From Myxococcales bacterium (GTDB lineage: Bacteria; Myxococcota_A; Polyangia; Fen-1088), in assembly GCA_031423255.1 (NCBI GenBank), contig JANPFD010000221.1:11520-75519 (forward strand): a DNA stretch of 64,000 nucleotides, written 5' to 3'. Below, one piece after another: positions 46,388 to 56,419 of the stretch (position 1 is the stretch's first letter; every line of letters starts with the position of its first letter). The translations under genes and the position numbers were made by a program. The notes beneath the pieces were generated by a model, which was not told where the DNA came from, made no database searches, and saw only the letters and a list, made by a program, of their open reading frames with translations.

Positions 46388-47290
46388 GTGTTCATCAACT
46401 TCGCACATAGTTCTCGTCGCACTGTCGCCGCTCTTGCTGGCGTGATGGCGGTCCCAGCAGGGTTGCCGGCGCGCAGCACTGCACGGGCCCAGATCCAGCA
46501 AGTTCAACCGACGCAGACCCCGCGCGCCGCCGCGCCCGATCGTGCCTACCCGAGCGAGGATTGCCTCGCCACCACGATCTGCAGCCTGAAGGGCCGGGTT
46601 CGCTGGCGGACCGCCGCATGGGCTCCTGACTTCTGCCGCACCGTCGCCCACCAGGTGCTCCTGTCGGCGAAACAGAATGACATCTCGCCCAGCCTCTTGG
46701 TCGCGGTGATGATCAACGAGAGCGACATGAACGAGAACGCCTTCCTCGTCAGCGAGAAGAACGGCGCCGTTTACGCCAAGGACAGCGGCCTCATGGGTAT
46801 CCGCTGCGTGCTGGACGCCAAGGACAGGTGCACCAACGGCAGCGTCCGCGGGATGCCTTGGAAGAAGTTGATGGATCCGCTGACGAACATCGCCATCGGC
46901 GCGCGCGAGCTGGCCAAGTGGCGCGCGGCCGGCGTCACTCGCGTGCGCGATCGCAAGGGGCACGAGAAATTCGTCACCTGCCAGCACAAGACCCACGGCT
47001 TCTGGGCCCACTACAACCACGGCCCCATCTACATCGATCACGGACCGGCGCGGCACTATCCCCACCGGATCGCGGTGCTCGGCTACGCTCTCGCGCGCGC
47101 GCTGAACACCGAGGCACCCGAACTGAAGGAGCCCGAGAAGGTCACGATGCGCGATCCGGGCCGCCGCGCGCGCACGCCCGATCGTCCCATGGAGCCACGC
47201 TACCGCAAGCTGTGCGATCAGATCCGCAGCGTCGGTGGGATGTGCGCCGGCGTGGCCTCGCTCGATACGCGATCGCCCAAGCTGAACTAG
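46388..47290 (+). CDS. Lytic transglycosylase (SLT-like) domain protein
   Basis: LLVAVMINES (catalytic E), DSGLMGI, DPLTNIAIGA, AHYNHG. Confidence 0.75.
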   Translation: MFINFAHSSRRTVAALAGVMAVPAGLPARSTARAQIQQVQPTQTPRAAAPDRAYPSEDCLATTICSLKGRVRWRTAAWAPDFCRTVAHQVLLSAKQNDISPSLLVAVMINESDMNENAFLVSEKNGAVYAKDSGLMGIRCVLDAKDRCTNGSVRGMPWKKLMDPLTNIAIGARELAKWRAAGVTRVRDRKGHEKFVTCQHKTHGFWAHYNHGPIYIDHGPARHYPHRIAVLGYALARALNTEAPELKEPEKVTMRDPGRRARTPDRPMEPRYRKLCDQIRSVGGMCAGVASLDTRSPKLN

Positions 47291-47293
47291 GGC

Positions 47294-48133
47294 ATGGCGG
47301 ATCCCTCTGGCCACGCTGCCGGCGAGGAGGATCTGGTCAAGCTCGACCCGGATCATCCGGGCTTCCGCGATCCGATCTACCGCGCCCGCCGCAACGGCAT
47401 AGCAAAGCTCGCCCTCGAGCACATCGTCGGCACGTCGATTCCACGCGTCGAGTACACCGCCGCCGAGCACACCGTCTGGAGCACCGTCTGGAGCAAGCTG
47501 GATCCGGTGCAGTCGCGCTTCGCCTGCCGCGCCTACCTCGACAGCCGCGCGCGCCTCGATCTCGATCGTACGCGCATTCCGCAACTTGCCGACGTGAACG
47601 CGAAGCTAGAGCCGCTCACGGGATTCAAGATGATCCCCGTGGCCGGCCTGGTCTCGTCGCGCGCCTTCCTGTCGAACCTGGGAGAAGGAATGTTCCTGTC
47701 GACGCAGTACATCCGTCACGCCAGCCGTCCGCTCTACACGCCCGAGCCGGACGTGATTCACGAGCTGGTGGGCCACGCGGCGACTCTGTGCCACCCGACC
47801 TTCGCATCGATGAACCGGACGTTCGGCGCGGCGGCTGCGCACGTCTCCGACGAGACCCTGGCGCTGCTGGAGCGGGTGTACTGGTACACCATGGAGTTCG
47901 GTCTCGTCGCAGAGTCGGGCGTGCCAAAGGCGTACGGCGCGGGCCTGCTGTCTTCTTTCGGGGAGCTGGAACGCTACGCCGTGACCGCCGAGATCCGCCC
48001 CTTCGATCCCGATGAGTGCGCCGCCCGCGCGTATGATCCGACGACCTATCAGGCCGTGCTGTACGTGATCCCCGACTTCGAGACCTTGGCCCGAGCCGTG
48101 AGAAGGTGGCTCGATGCGCATCGAGACCGATAG
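47294..48133 (+). CDS. phhA: Phenylalanine 4-hydroxylase
   Basis: LDPDHPGF.DP.YR.RR, TQYIRH, YTPEPDVIHELVGH, YWYTMEFGL, YGAGLLSSFGEL. Confidence 0.92.
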   Translation: MADPSGHAAGEEDLVKLDPDHPGFRDPIYRARRNGIAKLALEHIVGTSIPRVEYTAAEHTVWSTVWSKLDPVQSRFACRAYLDSRARLDLDRTRIPQLADVNAKLEPLTGFKMIPVAGLVSSRAFLSNLGEGMFLSTQYIRHASRPLYTPEPDVIHELVGHAATLCHPTFASMNRTFGAAAAHVSDETLALLERVYWYTMEFGLVAESGVPKAYGAGLLSSFGELERYAVTAEIRPFDPDECAARAYDPTTYQAVLYVIPDFETLARAVRRWLDAHRDR

Positions 48134-48668
48134 GGCGGCCCTGCTGATCGTCGACTTCCAGGAACGCCTGGCCGCCGCCATGGCTCCGGACGTCGTCGTC
48201 TCCTGCGAACGGAACATCGTGCTGCTGATCGAGCTGGCGCGACGGCGGGCCATCCCGATCGTGGTCAGCGAGCAGTACCCGAAGGGCCTCGGCCCGACGG
48301 TCGCCCCGATCGCCAAGGCGCTGGAAGGCCTGACGGTCGAACGCATCGAGAAGATGGCATTCAGCTGCGTCGCCGCGCCCGGCTTTACCGAGCTCTACCG
48401 GCGCATCGGCCGCACGCAGTGGATCGTCACCGGCATGGAGACGCACGTCTGCATGTACCAGACGGCGCGCGACCTCGTCGTGCTGGGCGCCGAGGTTCAC
48501 GTTCCCGCCGACACGGTCAGCTCGCGGGTCCCCGCCAACGTGAAGGTCGGCCTCCAGCTCATCGAGCGCGCCGGGGCCATCATCACGGCGACCGAGGCTC
48601 TGATCTTCGACGCTCTGGGGACGGCGGGCACCGAGGATTTCCGGGCCATGGCCAAGCTCGTCAAGTGA
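48114..48668 (+). CDS. Isochorismatase family hydrolase
   Basis: LLIVDFQERL, EQYPKGLGPT, GMETHVC.YQT. Confidence 0.9.
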   Translation: MRIETDRAALLIVDFQERLAAAMAPDVVVSCERNIVLLIELARRRAIPIVVSEQYPKGLGPTVAPIAKALEGLTVERIEKMAFSCVAAPGFTELYRRIGRTQWIVTGMETHVCMYQTARDLVVLGAEVHVPADTVSSRVPANVKVGLQLIERAGAIITATEALIFDALGTAGTEDFRAMAKLVK

Positions 48669-48684
48669 TAAGGTCGCCGGCCTG

Positions 48685-50427
48685 ATGTCGGACGACAACA
48701 ACGGCGAGGGAAATCCGAAGAAGTACCGCAGCGCCCAGTGGTTCGGGCTCAAGGGGCGGGAAGGGATCGTCTACCGCTCCTGGATGAAGAACCAGGGACG
48801 GCCCGACGACCTCTTCGACGGCCGCCCGGTCATCGGCATCTGCAACACCTGGTCGGATCTCACCCCGTGCAACGCCCACTTCCGTGACCTGGCCGCCCGC
48901 GTGAAGCAGGGCGTGTCGGAAGCCGGCGGCTTCCCCGTCGAGTTCCCGGTGATGAGCCTGGGCGAGGTGTTGATGAGGCCGAGCACCATGCTGTTCCGGA
49001 ACCTCGTGGCGATGGACACCGAGGAGTCGATCCGCGCCAACCCGCTCGACGGCGTCATCCTGCTGGTCGGTTGCGACAAGACCACGCCGGCGCTGATGAT
49101 GGGGGCCGCAAGCTGTGATCTGCCGACGCTGGTGATCTCCGGCGGTCCGATGCTGAACGGGCGCTTTCGCGGCGAGGAGATCGGCTCGGGCACACACGTC
49201 TGGAAGTTCACCGACGCCCTCAAGAAGGGCGAGATGACCGACGGCGACGTCGAGGAGGCGGAGGCGTGCATGTCTCGCTCCGCCGGCCACTGCATGACCA
49301 TGGGCACCGCCTCGACGATGGCCTCGATGGTCGAAGCGCTGGGGATGGGCCTGCCCGGGCAGGCCGCGATCCCGGCGGTGGACGCGCGCCGCTACACCCA
49401 GGCCCACCTGGCCGGCCGACGCATCGTCCAGATGGTGAAGGAGGACCTTCGCATGTCGAAGATCCTCACCAAGCAGGCATTCGAGAACGCCATCCGCACC
49501 AACGGCGCGATCGGCGGCTCGACGAACGCGGTGGTGCACTTGCTGGCGATCGCGGGCCGGATCGGGATCGATCTGACCCTGGCCGACTGGGATCGCCTTG
49601 GCAAGGACGTCCCATGCCTCGTCAACCTGATGCCGTCGGGCAAGTACCTGATGGAAGACTTCTATTACGCGGGTGGTCTGCCGGTGGTGCTCAGGGAGAT
49701 CGGGCATCTTCTTCACAAGGACGCGCTGACCATCAACGGCAAGACCATCTGGGAGAACGTCAAGGACGCCAAGAACTACAACACCGACGTCATCACCCCG
49801 TTCGACAAGCCGTTCAAAGCGCGCGGCGGGATCGTCGTGCTGAGCGGCAACCTGGCGCCGAACGGCGCGGTCATCAAGCCATCGGCGGCGTCACCGAACC
49901 TGATGAAGCACCGGGGCCGCGCCGTGGTGTTCGAGGACATCCATGACTACGAGGCGCGCGTCGATGACCCGAAGCTGGATGTCGACGCCACTTGCATCCT
50001 GGTGCTGAAGAACTGCGGGCCCAAGGGCTACCCGGGCTTCCCCGAAGTGGGGAACTTCCCACTCCCGCAGAAGATGCTGGAGCAGGGCGTGGAGGACATG
50101 ATTCGCATCTCGGATGCGCGCATGAGCGGCACCGCATACGGCACTGTCGTGTTACACACGGCGCCCGAGGCGGCCACCGGCGGCCCCCTGGCGCTGGTGA
50201 AGAACGGCGACATGATCGAGCTCGACGTCGAGAAGAACCGCCTGCACCTCGAGGTGTCCGACGAGGAGCTGGCGAAGCGGCGCGCGACGTGGAAGGCGCC
50301 GAAGCGGGCACTGGAGCGTGGCTACGTGAAGATGTTCTACGACCACGTCATGCAGGCCGATCGCGGCGTCGACTTCGACTTCCTCGTCGGCGGCAGCGGC
50401 GCACCGGTGTTCAGAGGCAACCACTAG
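48685..50427 (+). CDS. IlvD/Edd family dehydratase (sugar-acid dehydratase-like)
   Basis: PCNAH, GCDKTTP, GHCMTMGTAS, GGSTN, SDARMSGT. Confidence 0.9.
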   Translation: MSDDNNGEGNPKKYRSAQWFGLKGREGIVYRSWMKNQGRPDDLFDGRPVIGICNTWSDLTPCNAHFRDLAARVKQGVSEAGGFPVEFPVMSLGEVLMRPSTMLFRNLVAMDTEESIRANPLDGVILLVGCDKTTPALMMGAASCDLPTLVISGGPMLNGRFRGEEIGSGTHVWKFTDALKKGEMTDGDVEEAEACMSRSAGHCMTMGTASTMASMVEALGMGLPGQAAIPAVDARRYTQAHLAGRRIVQMVKEDLRMSKILTKQAFENAIRTNGAIGGSTNAVVHLLAIAGRIGIDLTLADWDRLGKDVPCLVNLMPSGKYLMEDFYYAGGLPVVLREIGHLLHKDALTINGKTIWENVKDAKNYNTDVITPFDKPFKARGGIVVLSGNLAPNGAVIKPSAASPNLMKHRGRAVVFEDIHDYEARVDDPKLDVDATCILVLKNCGPKGYPGFPEVGNFPLPQKMLEQGVEDMIRISDARMSGTAYGTVVLHTAPEAATGGPLALVKNGDMIELDVEKNRLHLEVSDEELAKRRATWKAPKRALERGYVKMFYDHVMQADRGVDFDFLVGGSGAPVFRGNH

Positions 50428-51466
50428 AATCGGGGGCGATCCATCCGCCACCGACGACGCCCTCGTCGCGGAAAAACACGGCTGCCTGCCCCGGAGCGCC
50501 TCCGTCGATCGCCCGGTCGAACACCGCCGTGACGCCATCATCGGCACACGTGATGACCGCGGGGTTGGCCGCGCCGTGATGCCGGATCTGCACGTCCACC
50601 CGGCCGTCGGCAGGCGGCGCCTCGAGCCATCGGACATCGGTCACCTTCAGGCGCTGCCGGGCCAGCGCCTCCCGCGGACCCGTGTGCACGGTCCCCGTGG
50701 CCGGATCGATGCGCACGACGAAGCGCCGGTCGCCGACGGCAGGAAGCCCGCGGCGCTGCCCCACGGTGAAATGATGCGTGCCCAGATGGGCGCCGATCTG
50801 CGCACCGGTCTCGTCGACGATGGGGCCGGTCCGCCCTGCCCCGCCGCGTGCCTCCAGGAATGCCCGGTGATCGCCGTCGGGGATGAAGCAGATCTCCTGC
50901 GAGTCGGGCTTGTCGCAGTTGGGGAGGTGGAACCGGCGCGCCGCCGCCCGGACATCGTCCTTGCACAGATCTCCCAGCGGGAAACGCACCTGTGCCAGCA
51001 ACTCGGGCCGGACGCCGAACAGGAAGTAGGACTGGTCCTTCTCGCGATCGACTGCGCGCAGCAACCGCCCCCCTTCGAGTCGGGCATAGTGGCCGGTGGC
51101 CAAGGTCGCGGCGCCGATCGCCCGGGCGAAGCGGACGAGCGGGCCGAACTTCAGACGCTCGTTGCAGCGCACACACGGGTTGGGTGTGCGGCCGGCGCGG
51201 TACTCGGCCACGAAGTCGTCGATCACGCCACGGCTGAACGCCTCGGTCTCGTCCAGCACATAGTGGGGAAAGCCGACGGCGGCAGCGGTGGCGCGCGCGT
51301 CCTCGATGTCGCGCGGGCTGCAGCAGCGGCCGCCCTGGCTGGCCGCCGTCCCTTGCGCGTTGAACAGCTTCAACGTCACGCCGACCACGTCGTGGCCGGC
51401 CTCGTGCAACAGCGCCGCGGCTGTCGAGGAGTCCACGCCGCCGGACATCGCCACCAGGATGCGCAT
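50411..51466 (-). CDS. mnmA: tRNA 2-thiouridylase
   Basis: AMSGGVDSS, TPNPCVRCN, ATGHY, KDQSYFL, DSQEICF, TVGQRRG. Confidence 0.95.
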   Translation of the reverse strand: MRILVAMSGGVDSSTAAALLHEAGHDVVGVTLKLFNAQGTAASQGGRCCSPRDIEDARATAAAVGFPHYVLDETEAFSRGVIDDFVAEYRAGRTPNPCVRCNERLKFGPLVRFARAIGAATLATGHYARLEGGRLLRAVDREKDQSYFLFGVRPELLAQVRFPLGDLCKDDVRAAARRFHLPNCDKPDSQEICFIPDGDHRAFLEARGGAGRTGPIVDETGAQIGAHLGTHHFTVGQRRGLPAVGDRRFVVRIDPATGTVHTGPREALARQRLKVTDVRWLEAPPADGRVDVQIRHHGAANPAVITCADDGVTAVFDRAIDGGAPGQAAVFFRDEGVVGGGWIAPDSSGCL

Positions 51467-52563
51467 CAGGCGGCCTCCGCGGCGCGCACGCGGCCGACCA
51501 CCTGGGCGGTGACCTCGGCAGCACGATCGATGTCCTCCTCGGTCGTGTCGCGCCCCAGACTGAAGCGCACCGCCTGGCGCGCCGCCGCCGCCGTCAGGCC
51601 GAGAGCCAGCAGCACGGGCGACGGCGACAGGCTTCCTGAGGTGCATGCCGATCCCGTGGAGACGCAGATCCCTTCGAGATCGAGGCCGACCATCACCAGC
51701 TGCCCGTCGGCGCCATCGAAGCCGACGTTCAGCGTGCCCGGCAGTTGTGGGTCACCGTGGACGCGCGCGCCCGGGATGTCCATCAGCCGTCGCTGGAGTT
51801 GCGCGCGAAGGTATCCGATGCGATCCGCGGCCGTCTCGATGCGGGCGAGGCGGCAGGCCTCGCCGAAGCCGACGATGCCCGGGAGATTCTCGGTGCCGGC
51901 GCGGCGCTCGCGTTCCTGATGTCCGCCGGTCATCAGCGGCTCGATGTCGAGGCCGCGGCGCAGGTAAAGGGCCCCCACCCCCGGCGGCCCGTGGAGCTTG
52001 TGCGCCGAGATGGTGGCGGCATCGACGGCGCGCAGGTCGAGCGGGATCCGCCCGGCCGCCTGGACCGCATCGGTGTGGAAGAGCGCGCCGGCCTGGTGGG
52101 CGACGGCCGCGAACGCCTCGAGCGGATAGACATTCCCCAGTTCGTGGTTGGCCGCGGCGAGGGTCACCAGGGCCGTGTCCGGTCGGAGCGCCGCGCGCAG
52201 GTCGTCGACGGCAATCTCGCCGCGCGGACCGACGGGCAGGTAGGTGACGGCCAGTCCGACGAGCGCGCCCTTGACGGCCGGGTGCTCCAGCGGCGACGAC
52301 ACGACGTGCCGGCCGCGCGCCAGCCCACGGATCGCCAGGTTGTCGCCCTCGGTGCCACCCGAGGTGAAGATCACCTCCTCGGGCAGGCAGCCCAGAAACG
52401 TGGCCACCTCGCGGCGGCTGCGCTCCACGGCCTCGCGCGCCTGGCGCCCGACCGCGTGCACGCTCGAAGGGTTGCCCCACGGAGCCGCCGCCATCGCCGC
52501 GCGCACCTCGGGCCGCAGGGGCGTCGTCGCGTTGTGGTCCAGGTAGATGCGGCCCCGCTGCAC
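51466..52563 (-). CDS. iscS: Cysteine desulfurase (IscS/NifS)
   Basis: YLDHNATT, GNPSS.H, FTSGGTE, HTDAVQ, SAHK, STGSAC. Confidence 0.9.
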   Translation of the reverse strand: MQRGRIYLDHNATTPLRPEVRAAMAAAPWGNPSSVHAVGRQAREAVERSRREVATFLGCLPEEVIFTSGGTEGDNLAIRGLARGRHVVSSPLEHPAVKGALVGLAVTYLPVGPRGEIAVDDLRAALRPDTALVTLAAANHELGNVYPLEAFAAVAHQAGALFHTDAVQAAGRIPLDLRAVDAATISAHKLHGPPGVGALYLRRGLDIEPLMTGGHQERERRAGTENLPGIVGFGEACRLARIETAADRIGYLRAQLQRRLMDIPGARVHGDPQLPGTLNVGFDGADGQLVMVGLDLEGICVSTGSACTSGSLSPSPVLLALGLTAAAARQAVRFSLGRDTTEEDIDRAAEVTAQVVGRVRAAEAA

Positions 52564-52579
52564 GGCCGCCGGAATATAC

Positions 52580-53164
52580 CTAGGTCTTCGGCGTCAGCGT
52601 GACCTTCTGGCTCAGGACGACCGATTCGCCCTGGAAGGTGGGGAACTTCCAGTGCATCGCCGCCGACTTGATGCAAGAGGTCATCTCGTTGTCGATGGAA
52701 GGCGAGATGTCTACCCCCTCGACCATACCGGTCCCCTTGACCGTGATCTCCAGGTTCAGGCCGACGCCGGCCTTGTACTGCAGCGACTGGTTCTTCTTCA
52801 GGGCGCGCTCGTAGCAGACCTGCATCGCCTTCGCCCCCTGCAAGACCACGCGGCTGGCCTCCCTTGGATCGAGGGTCGGCTTGACATCGCCCCCGGTGAT
52901 CCCCTTCTGCTGCCGGATGTCGGCGATCAGGTTGATGATCTCGGGATCCGTCAGCTGCAGCTTGTTGGGGTTCGCCATCGCCTCGGCGACCTGGCGCTTC
53001 AGGGCGGACACCTGGTTGGTGAGATCGTTCACCTCGCGCTTGCAAGCAACCACCTTGTCGTTTGCCTCACCCAGGCGCCGGGACAGGTCCTCGATCTTGT
53101 CGGTGTTGCAGGCTGTGGAGATCACGAGAACGACGCCAAGCAGGAATTTCGGCCGGATGTGCAT
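52580..53164 (-). CDS. Lipoprotein with coiled coil and AgmX/PglI-like (TonB-C-like) C-terminal domain
   Basis: STAC lipobox-like motif; CYERALK...CI......WKFP; AGGAG SD. Confidence 0.75.
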   Translation of the reverse strand: MHIRPKFLLGVVLVISTACNTDKIEDLSRRLGEANDKVVACKREVNDLTNQVSALKRQVAEAMANPNKLQLTDPEIINLIADIRQQKGITGGDVKPTLDPREASRVVLQGAKAMQVCYERALKKNQSLQYKAGVGLNLEITVKGTGMVEGVDISPSIDNEMTSCIKSAAMHWKFPTFQGESVVLSQKVTLTPKT

Positions 53165-53183
53165 GACTGCTCCTGGTTATAAC

Positions 53184-54971
53184 TCAGCGCTCCCCCGACG
53201 GAAACAGCGCACCGTCGAGATAGGTCCGCAGCGGGGTGATCGTGCGTGGCTCCTGGGCCACGAACAGCAAGAGGGCGCGGTCCGCGGCGCCGCCCAGCTT
53301 CATGATCACCTCGGAGGCCGCCAGCAGGGGCCCGGGGTCACGCGCCATCGACGGCTCCGCCCGGTACATCAGCAGGTAGTCGCGGAACGGGTCAACCGAC
53401 TCGCGTGAACCGGTCGCCAGCGCGGCGTCAGCGATGTCGCGCACCACCTGGGGACTGGTGTCCGGGAGTCGCAGATGCTCGAGCAGCGCGGGTAGCGCCT
53501 GCTTGGCCTTGGTCGTGGTGACTGCCTTCGCCAGCGCCTCCAGACGCGGAGGCCTTCTATCCTCGGCGTAGTCGGTGTGGACCCGCAGCGCCTCTTCGTA
53601 AAGGGCGATCGACTCCTGATCCTTGCGGGCGACCAGCGCGTCCACGGCCTTGTCCACCACCTGGGGTGGCAGATCGGTCGACGATAGCGCGCGCAGGAGT
53701 TCGGCCGTCACCTCGCGGCCGGGTACGCGCGCCAGCTCGGCAACGGCGTACAGCTTGGCGTCGATGAAGCGGCGATCCGGGTCCCACAGGATGTCGGCCA
53801 GCGTGCGCGCCAGCGGCGGAACGGCCCCGCTCGACCCCGGCGGCGTGAAGCCCTCGGCGTCGAAGGTGGCGCCCCGGACCGTCAGCCCCGACTCACCGAT
53901 GCGCGCCTGCCAGATGCGGACGCCGCTGCGCGGATCGAGCGCGCCGAACTCTCCCTCGGACGAGATGAACATCAGCGACGAACGCGTCCGCTCCGCCGAG
54001 ACGGCATCAGAGCGAGGATGGCTGTAGGCCCAGCGCAGGCGGCCGGTGTCCGCGTCCATACCGTAGAAGAAACGAAAGCTATGCACGACCACCAGGCCAT
54101 CCGTGAATGCCGTGCGGCCTCCTTCGAGACCGGTGCGCCACAGGAGCCGGTTGCGATCGACCGCCGAGTAGTCCGCCTCGACCGGCCGGTACGAATCGAA
54201 GTGGTAGGCCGGGCGGACGAACTCCGGAAGCTTCGCTTTCAGGTACCCGCCAGACGTGCGCGAGCCGGTGGAGGTTTCGGGCGAGACCTTGTACACGCCG
54301 CGCGAGCCGAAGAAGATCCCTTCGGGAAGCACGCGCACGAAGCTGGCCGTTTCCTCCCGTGACAGCACGTCGGCCAGCACGCGGCCGCTTGCCGCATCCA
54401 TCAGCGTCACGTACTGCGAACGGCGCGGGAGGACCAGCAATCCTCCGCCAGCCGCCGGGGCTCCTGCCTCGCCCTCGAGACGCGTGCGCCAGAGGATCTC
54501 ACCGGTGCGGGCGTCATACGCGGTGACGTCGACCTTGCGGAGACTGCCGGCGTCGTGGGTGACGTCGAAGACCGCTTTGTCCGCCGCGGTGTAGCCCACG
54601 CGGCGTGCCGAGCCGGTCAGGCGCACGTCCCAGAGCAGCACCCCCGAGCGGACATCGCGCGCGACGAGCGTGCCATCCTTGCGAGCGTAGGCGACGGCGG
54701 GGCCGGTGACGACGATCCGGCCGCCGAGATCATCGGGCTGCCGCCAGGCGACTGTTCCGCTGGACAGATCGAAGGCCAGAGCCAGGGGCCCGGTCCGCAG
54801 CGTGCACGCCACGAAGGCCATGGGATGGCCGGTGGCGTTCACGACACCCTCGGGCGCCTGGTATCGCGCGAGCGCCGTAGCCACGTCCGACGGTTCGCCG
54901 GCGCGATTGAACGACGAGGTGGTGGTGGTCGCGCACCCCGCCAGCAGAGCGACCGCTGCCAGGCGCCTCAC
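53184..54971 (-). CDS. Lipoprotein with PQQ-like beta-propeller repeats and a helical C-terminus
   Basis: LLAGC lipobox; repeated A.D..(T/S)G...W units. Confidence 0.75.
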   Translation of the reverse strand: MRRLAAVALLAGCATTTTSSFNRAGEPSDVATALARYQAPEGVVNATGHPMAFVACTLRTGPLALAFDLSSGTVAWRQPDDLGGRIVVTGPAVAYARKDGTLVARDVRSGVLLWDVRLTGSARRVGYTAADKAVFDVTHDAGSLRKVDVTAYDARTGEILWRTRLEGEAGAPAAGGGLLVLPRRSQYVTLMDAASGRVLADVLSREETASFVRVLPEGIFFGSRGVYKVSPETSTGSRTSGGYLKAKLPEFVRPAYHFDSYRPVEADYSAVDRNRLLWRTGLEGGRTAFTDGLVVVHSFRFFYGMDADTGRLRWAYSHPRSDAVSAERTRSSLMFISSEGEFGALDPRSGVRIWQARIGESGLTVRGATFDAEGFTPPGSSGAVPPLARTLADILWDPDRRFIDAKLYAVAELARVPGREVTAELLRALSSTDLPPQVVDKAVDALVARKDQESIALYEEALRVHTDYAEDRRPPRLEALAKAVTTTKAKQALPALLEHLRLPDTSPQVVRDIADAALATGSRESVDPFRDYLLMYRAEPSMARDPGPLLAASEVIMKLGGAADRALLLFVAQEPRTITPLRTYLDGALFPSGER

Positions 54972-55762
54972 TTGGCACCCCCGCGCTGCTCGATGAGCTT
55001 CTGGGCCTCGTCCTTCGACGGCCGCGCTTCCTTGTCGGGCACGCTGGCGATGTACTCGAGCAGCGCTGCGATCGCGGCCGCGCCGGGAAGCCGCGCCAGC
55101 GTGGCGATCACATCCACCCGCAACCGGTCGGGCACCTCCGGGCGCTTGAGGAACTCGCCGAGCGCATCCGCCAGCACGCCGTCATCGATGCGACCCTGTA
55201 GCTCGACCAGGCGAGGAATCTCCTCCGGCGAGATCAGCATCCCGAGTGGGCCGGCAGCACCGGGGTCGTTGCGGGTCACCAGGAGCAACAGGCGCTTGCC
55301 CGCCCGCTTCTCCTTGCGGGTGGCGAGAGCTTCGGCGGCTGCGGCGCGCACCGGTGGCGCGCTGTCACCGAGCCGGTCGAGAAGCAGATCGACGGCGCCC
55401 GTCTCGGACAGCCCACCGGCGGCCTTGACCGCCGCCAGGCGCACGAAGTCGTTCACGTTCCCCGCGTAAAGGCTCAACACCGGCAGGGCGCGGCCGTCCT
55501 TCAGCTTGCCGAGCGCGGTCAGCGCCTCGATCGCCACTCCGGGCCGCACGCCCAGCACCAGCGCCTCGACGAGGGGCAGCGAGGCCTCGGGCATCGCCAG
55601 CTCACCCAGGCGCTTGGCGGCCGAGACCGCGACCTCCGTGTCGTCGCTGGCGAGCTCGGTCGCGAGCTGCTTGATCGTTTCCCCCGCCAGGCCCTTGGCC
55701 GGCTTCCTGGGCGCAGCCGCCGCGAGCAACGCCACGAGGACCCACCCTGCTTGGACTAGCAC
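54968..55762 (-). CDS. Secreted HEAT-repeat protein
   Basis: Signal-like N-terminus; VRLAAVKA and VRAAAAEAL repeats. Confidence 0.7.
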   Translation of the reverse strand: MLVQAGWVLVALLAAAAPRKPAKGLAGETIKQLATELASDDTEVAVSAAKRLGELAMPEASLPLVEALVLGVRPGVAIEALTALGKLKDGRALPVLSLYAGNVNDFVRLAAVKAAGGLSETGAVDLLLDRLGDSAPPVRAAAAEALATRKEKRAGKRLLLLVTRNDPGAAGPLGMLISPEEIPRLVELQGRIDDGVLADALGEFLKRPEVPDRLRVDVIATLARLPGAAAIAALLEYIASVPDKEARPSKDEAQKLIEQRGGAK

Positions 55763-55809
55763 GGGCGTGTCTTAAGCCCCGGTGCCCCAGGAGTCAAATC
55801 GCGGTCGCC

Positions 55810-56349
55810 TCAACGGCCCTTGGCTTCCTCGTCGGTGAACTCGACCTTGCCGCTGTAGTTGGCACCCTTGCCTCGCAGCCAGAAGGTGGCGGTGGCCAGA
55901 ACCCTGCGGCCCGATTCCACCGTCATCATGTACTTCCGGTTGGTCTCGAAGGTGGGCTTGGCCACCTCGATGCTGGAAGCGAAAATGCGCGTCCCCTTCT
56001 CGCGCGTGTACTGCTCGTCGCCGGCGACGAACTTGTGGGCACCCCCGGTGATATCGAAGAACTTCAGGTTGATCTCGCTGTCGTTCAGCGGCTGGCCGAA
56101 GAAGGCGATGTACTCCACCTTCCAGACGGCGACGTCGTTCCCCTTCTCCTCCTTGGGCCAGACCCGGTCCGTCTTCGACCTCTGTACGGCGGCGATGAAG
56201 GCGCCGGCCGACGGGAACTTGGTCGGCAGGCGATCCTTGGTGATGATGATCCTGCCCTTGAAGACATCTTCCGGCTTGGCCGCCTCCACCGCCGCGGTGG
56301 CGCAAAGAAGACCCAGGACCGACAGCAGGAGTGGTTTACACGTCATCAT
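55810..56349 (-). CDS. Secreted hypothetical protein
   Basis: Signal peptide, Lys-rich mature part, GC3-biased codons. Confidence 0.7.
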   Translation of the reverse strand: MMTCKPLLLSVLGLLCATAAVEAAKPEDVFKGRIIITKDRLPTKFPSAGAFIAAVQRSKTDRVWPKEEKGNDVAVWKVEYIAFFGQPLNDSEINLKFFDITGGAHKFVAGDEQYTREKGTRIFASSIEVAKPTFETNRKYMMTVESGRRVLATATFWLRGKGANYSGKVEFTDEEAKGR

Positions 56350-56382
56350 GGCTGCCTGAGTATCGACGGAACGGTGGATTTT

Positions 56383-56410
56383 TTGACCCCTTTTCCACCG
56401 CTGCTAGCGT
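56383..56410 (+). promoter_or_regulatory. Putative sigma70 promoter
   Basis: TTGACC-N16-TAGCGT with extended TG. Confidence 0.45.
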
Positions 56411-56419
56411 GGGTTGGGA

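Noticed and set aside
46345-46400. GGGCGCAAAGCC resembling the c-di-GMP-I riboswitch core
   Set aside because: No upstream GGCAAA/GAAA tetraloop stem or downstream receptor and P1 closure; a cmsearch would settle it
47471-47494. Perfect 12-nt tandem repeat ACCGTCTGGAGC x2 in phhA
   Set aside because: In frame (TVWS-TVWS) within a normal helix; only two copies and no sign of phase variation
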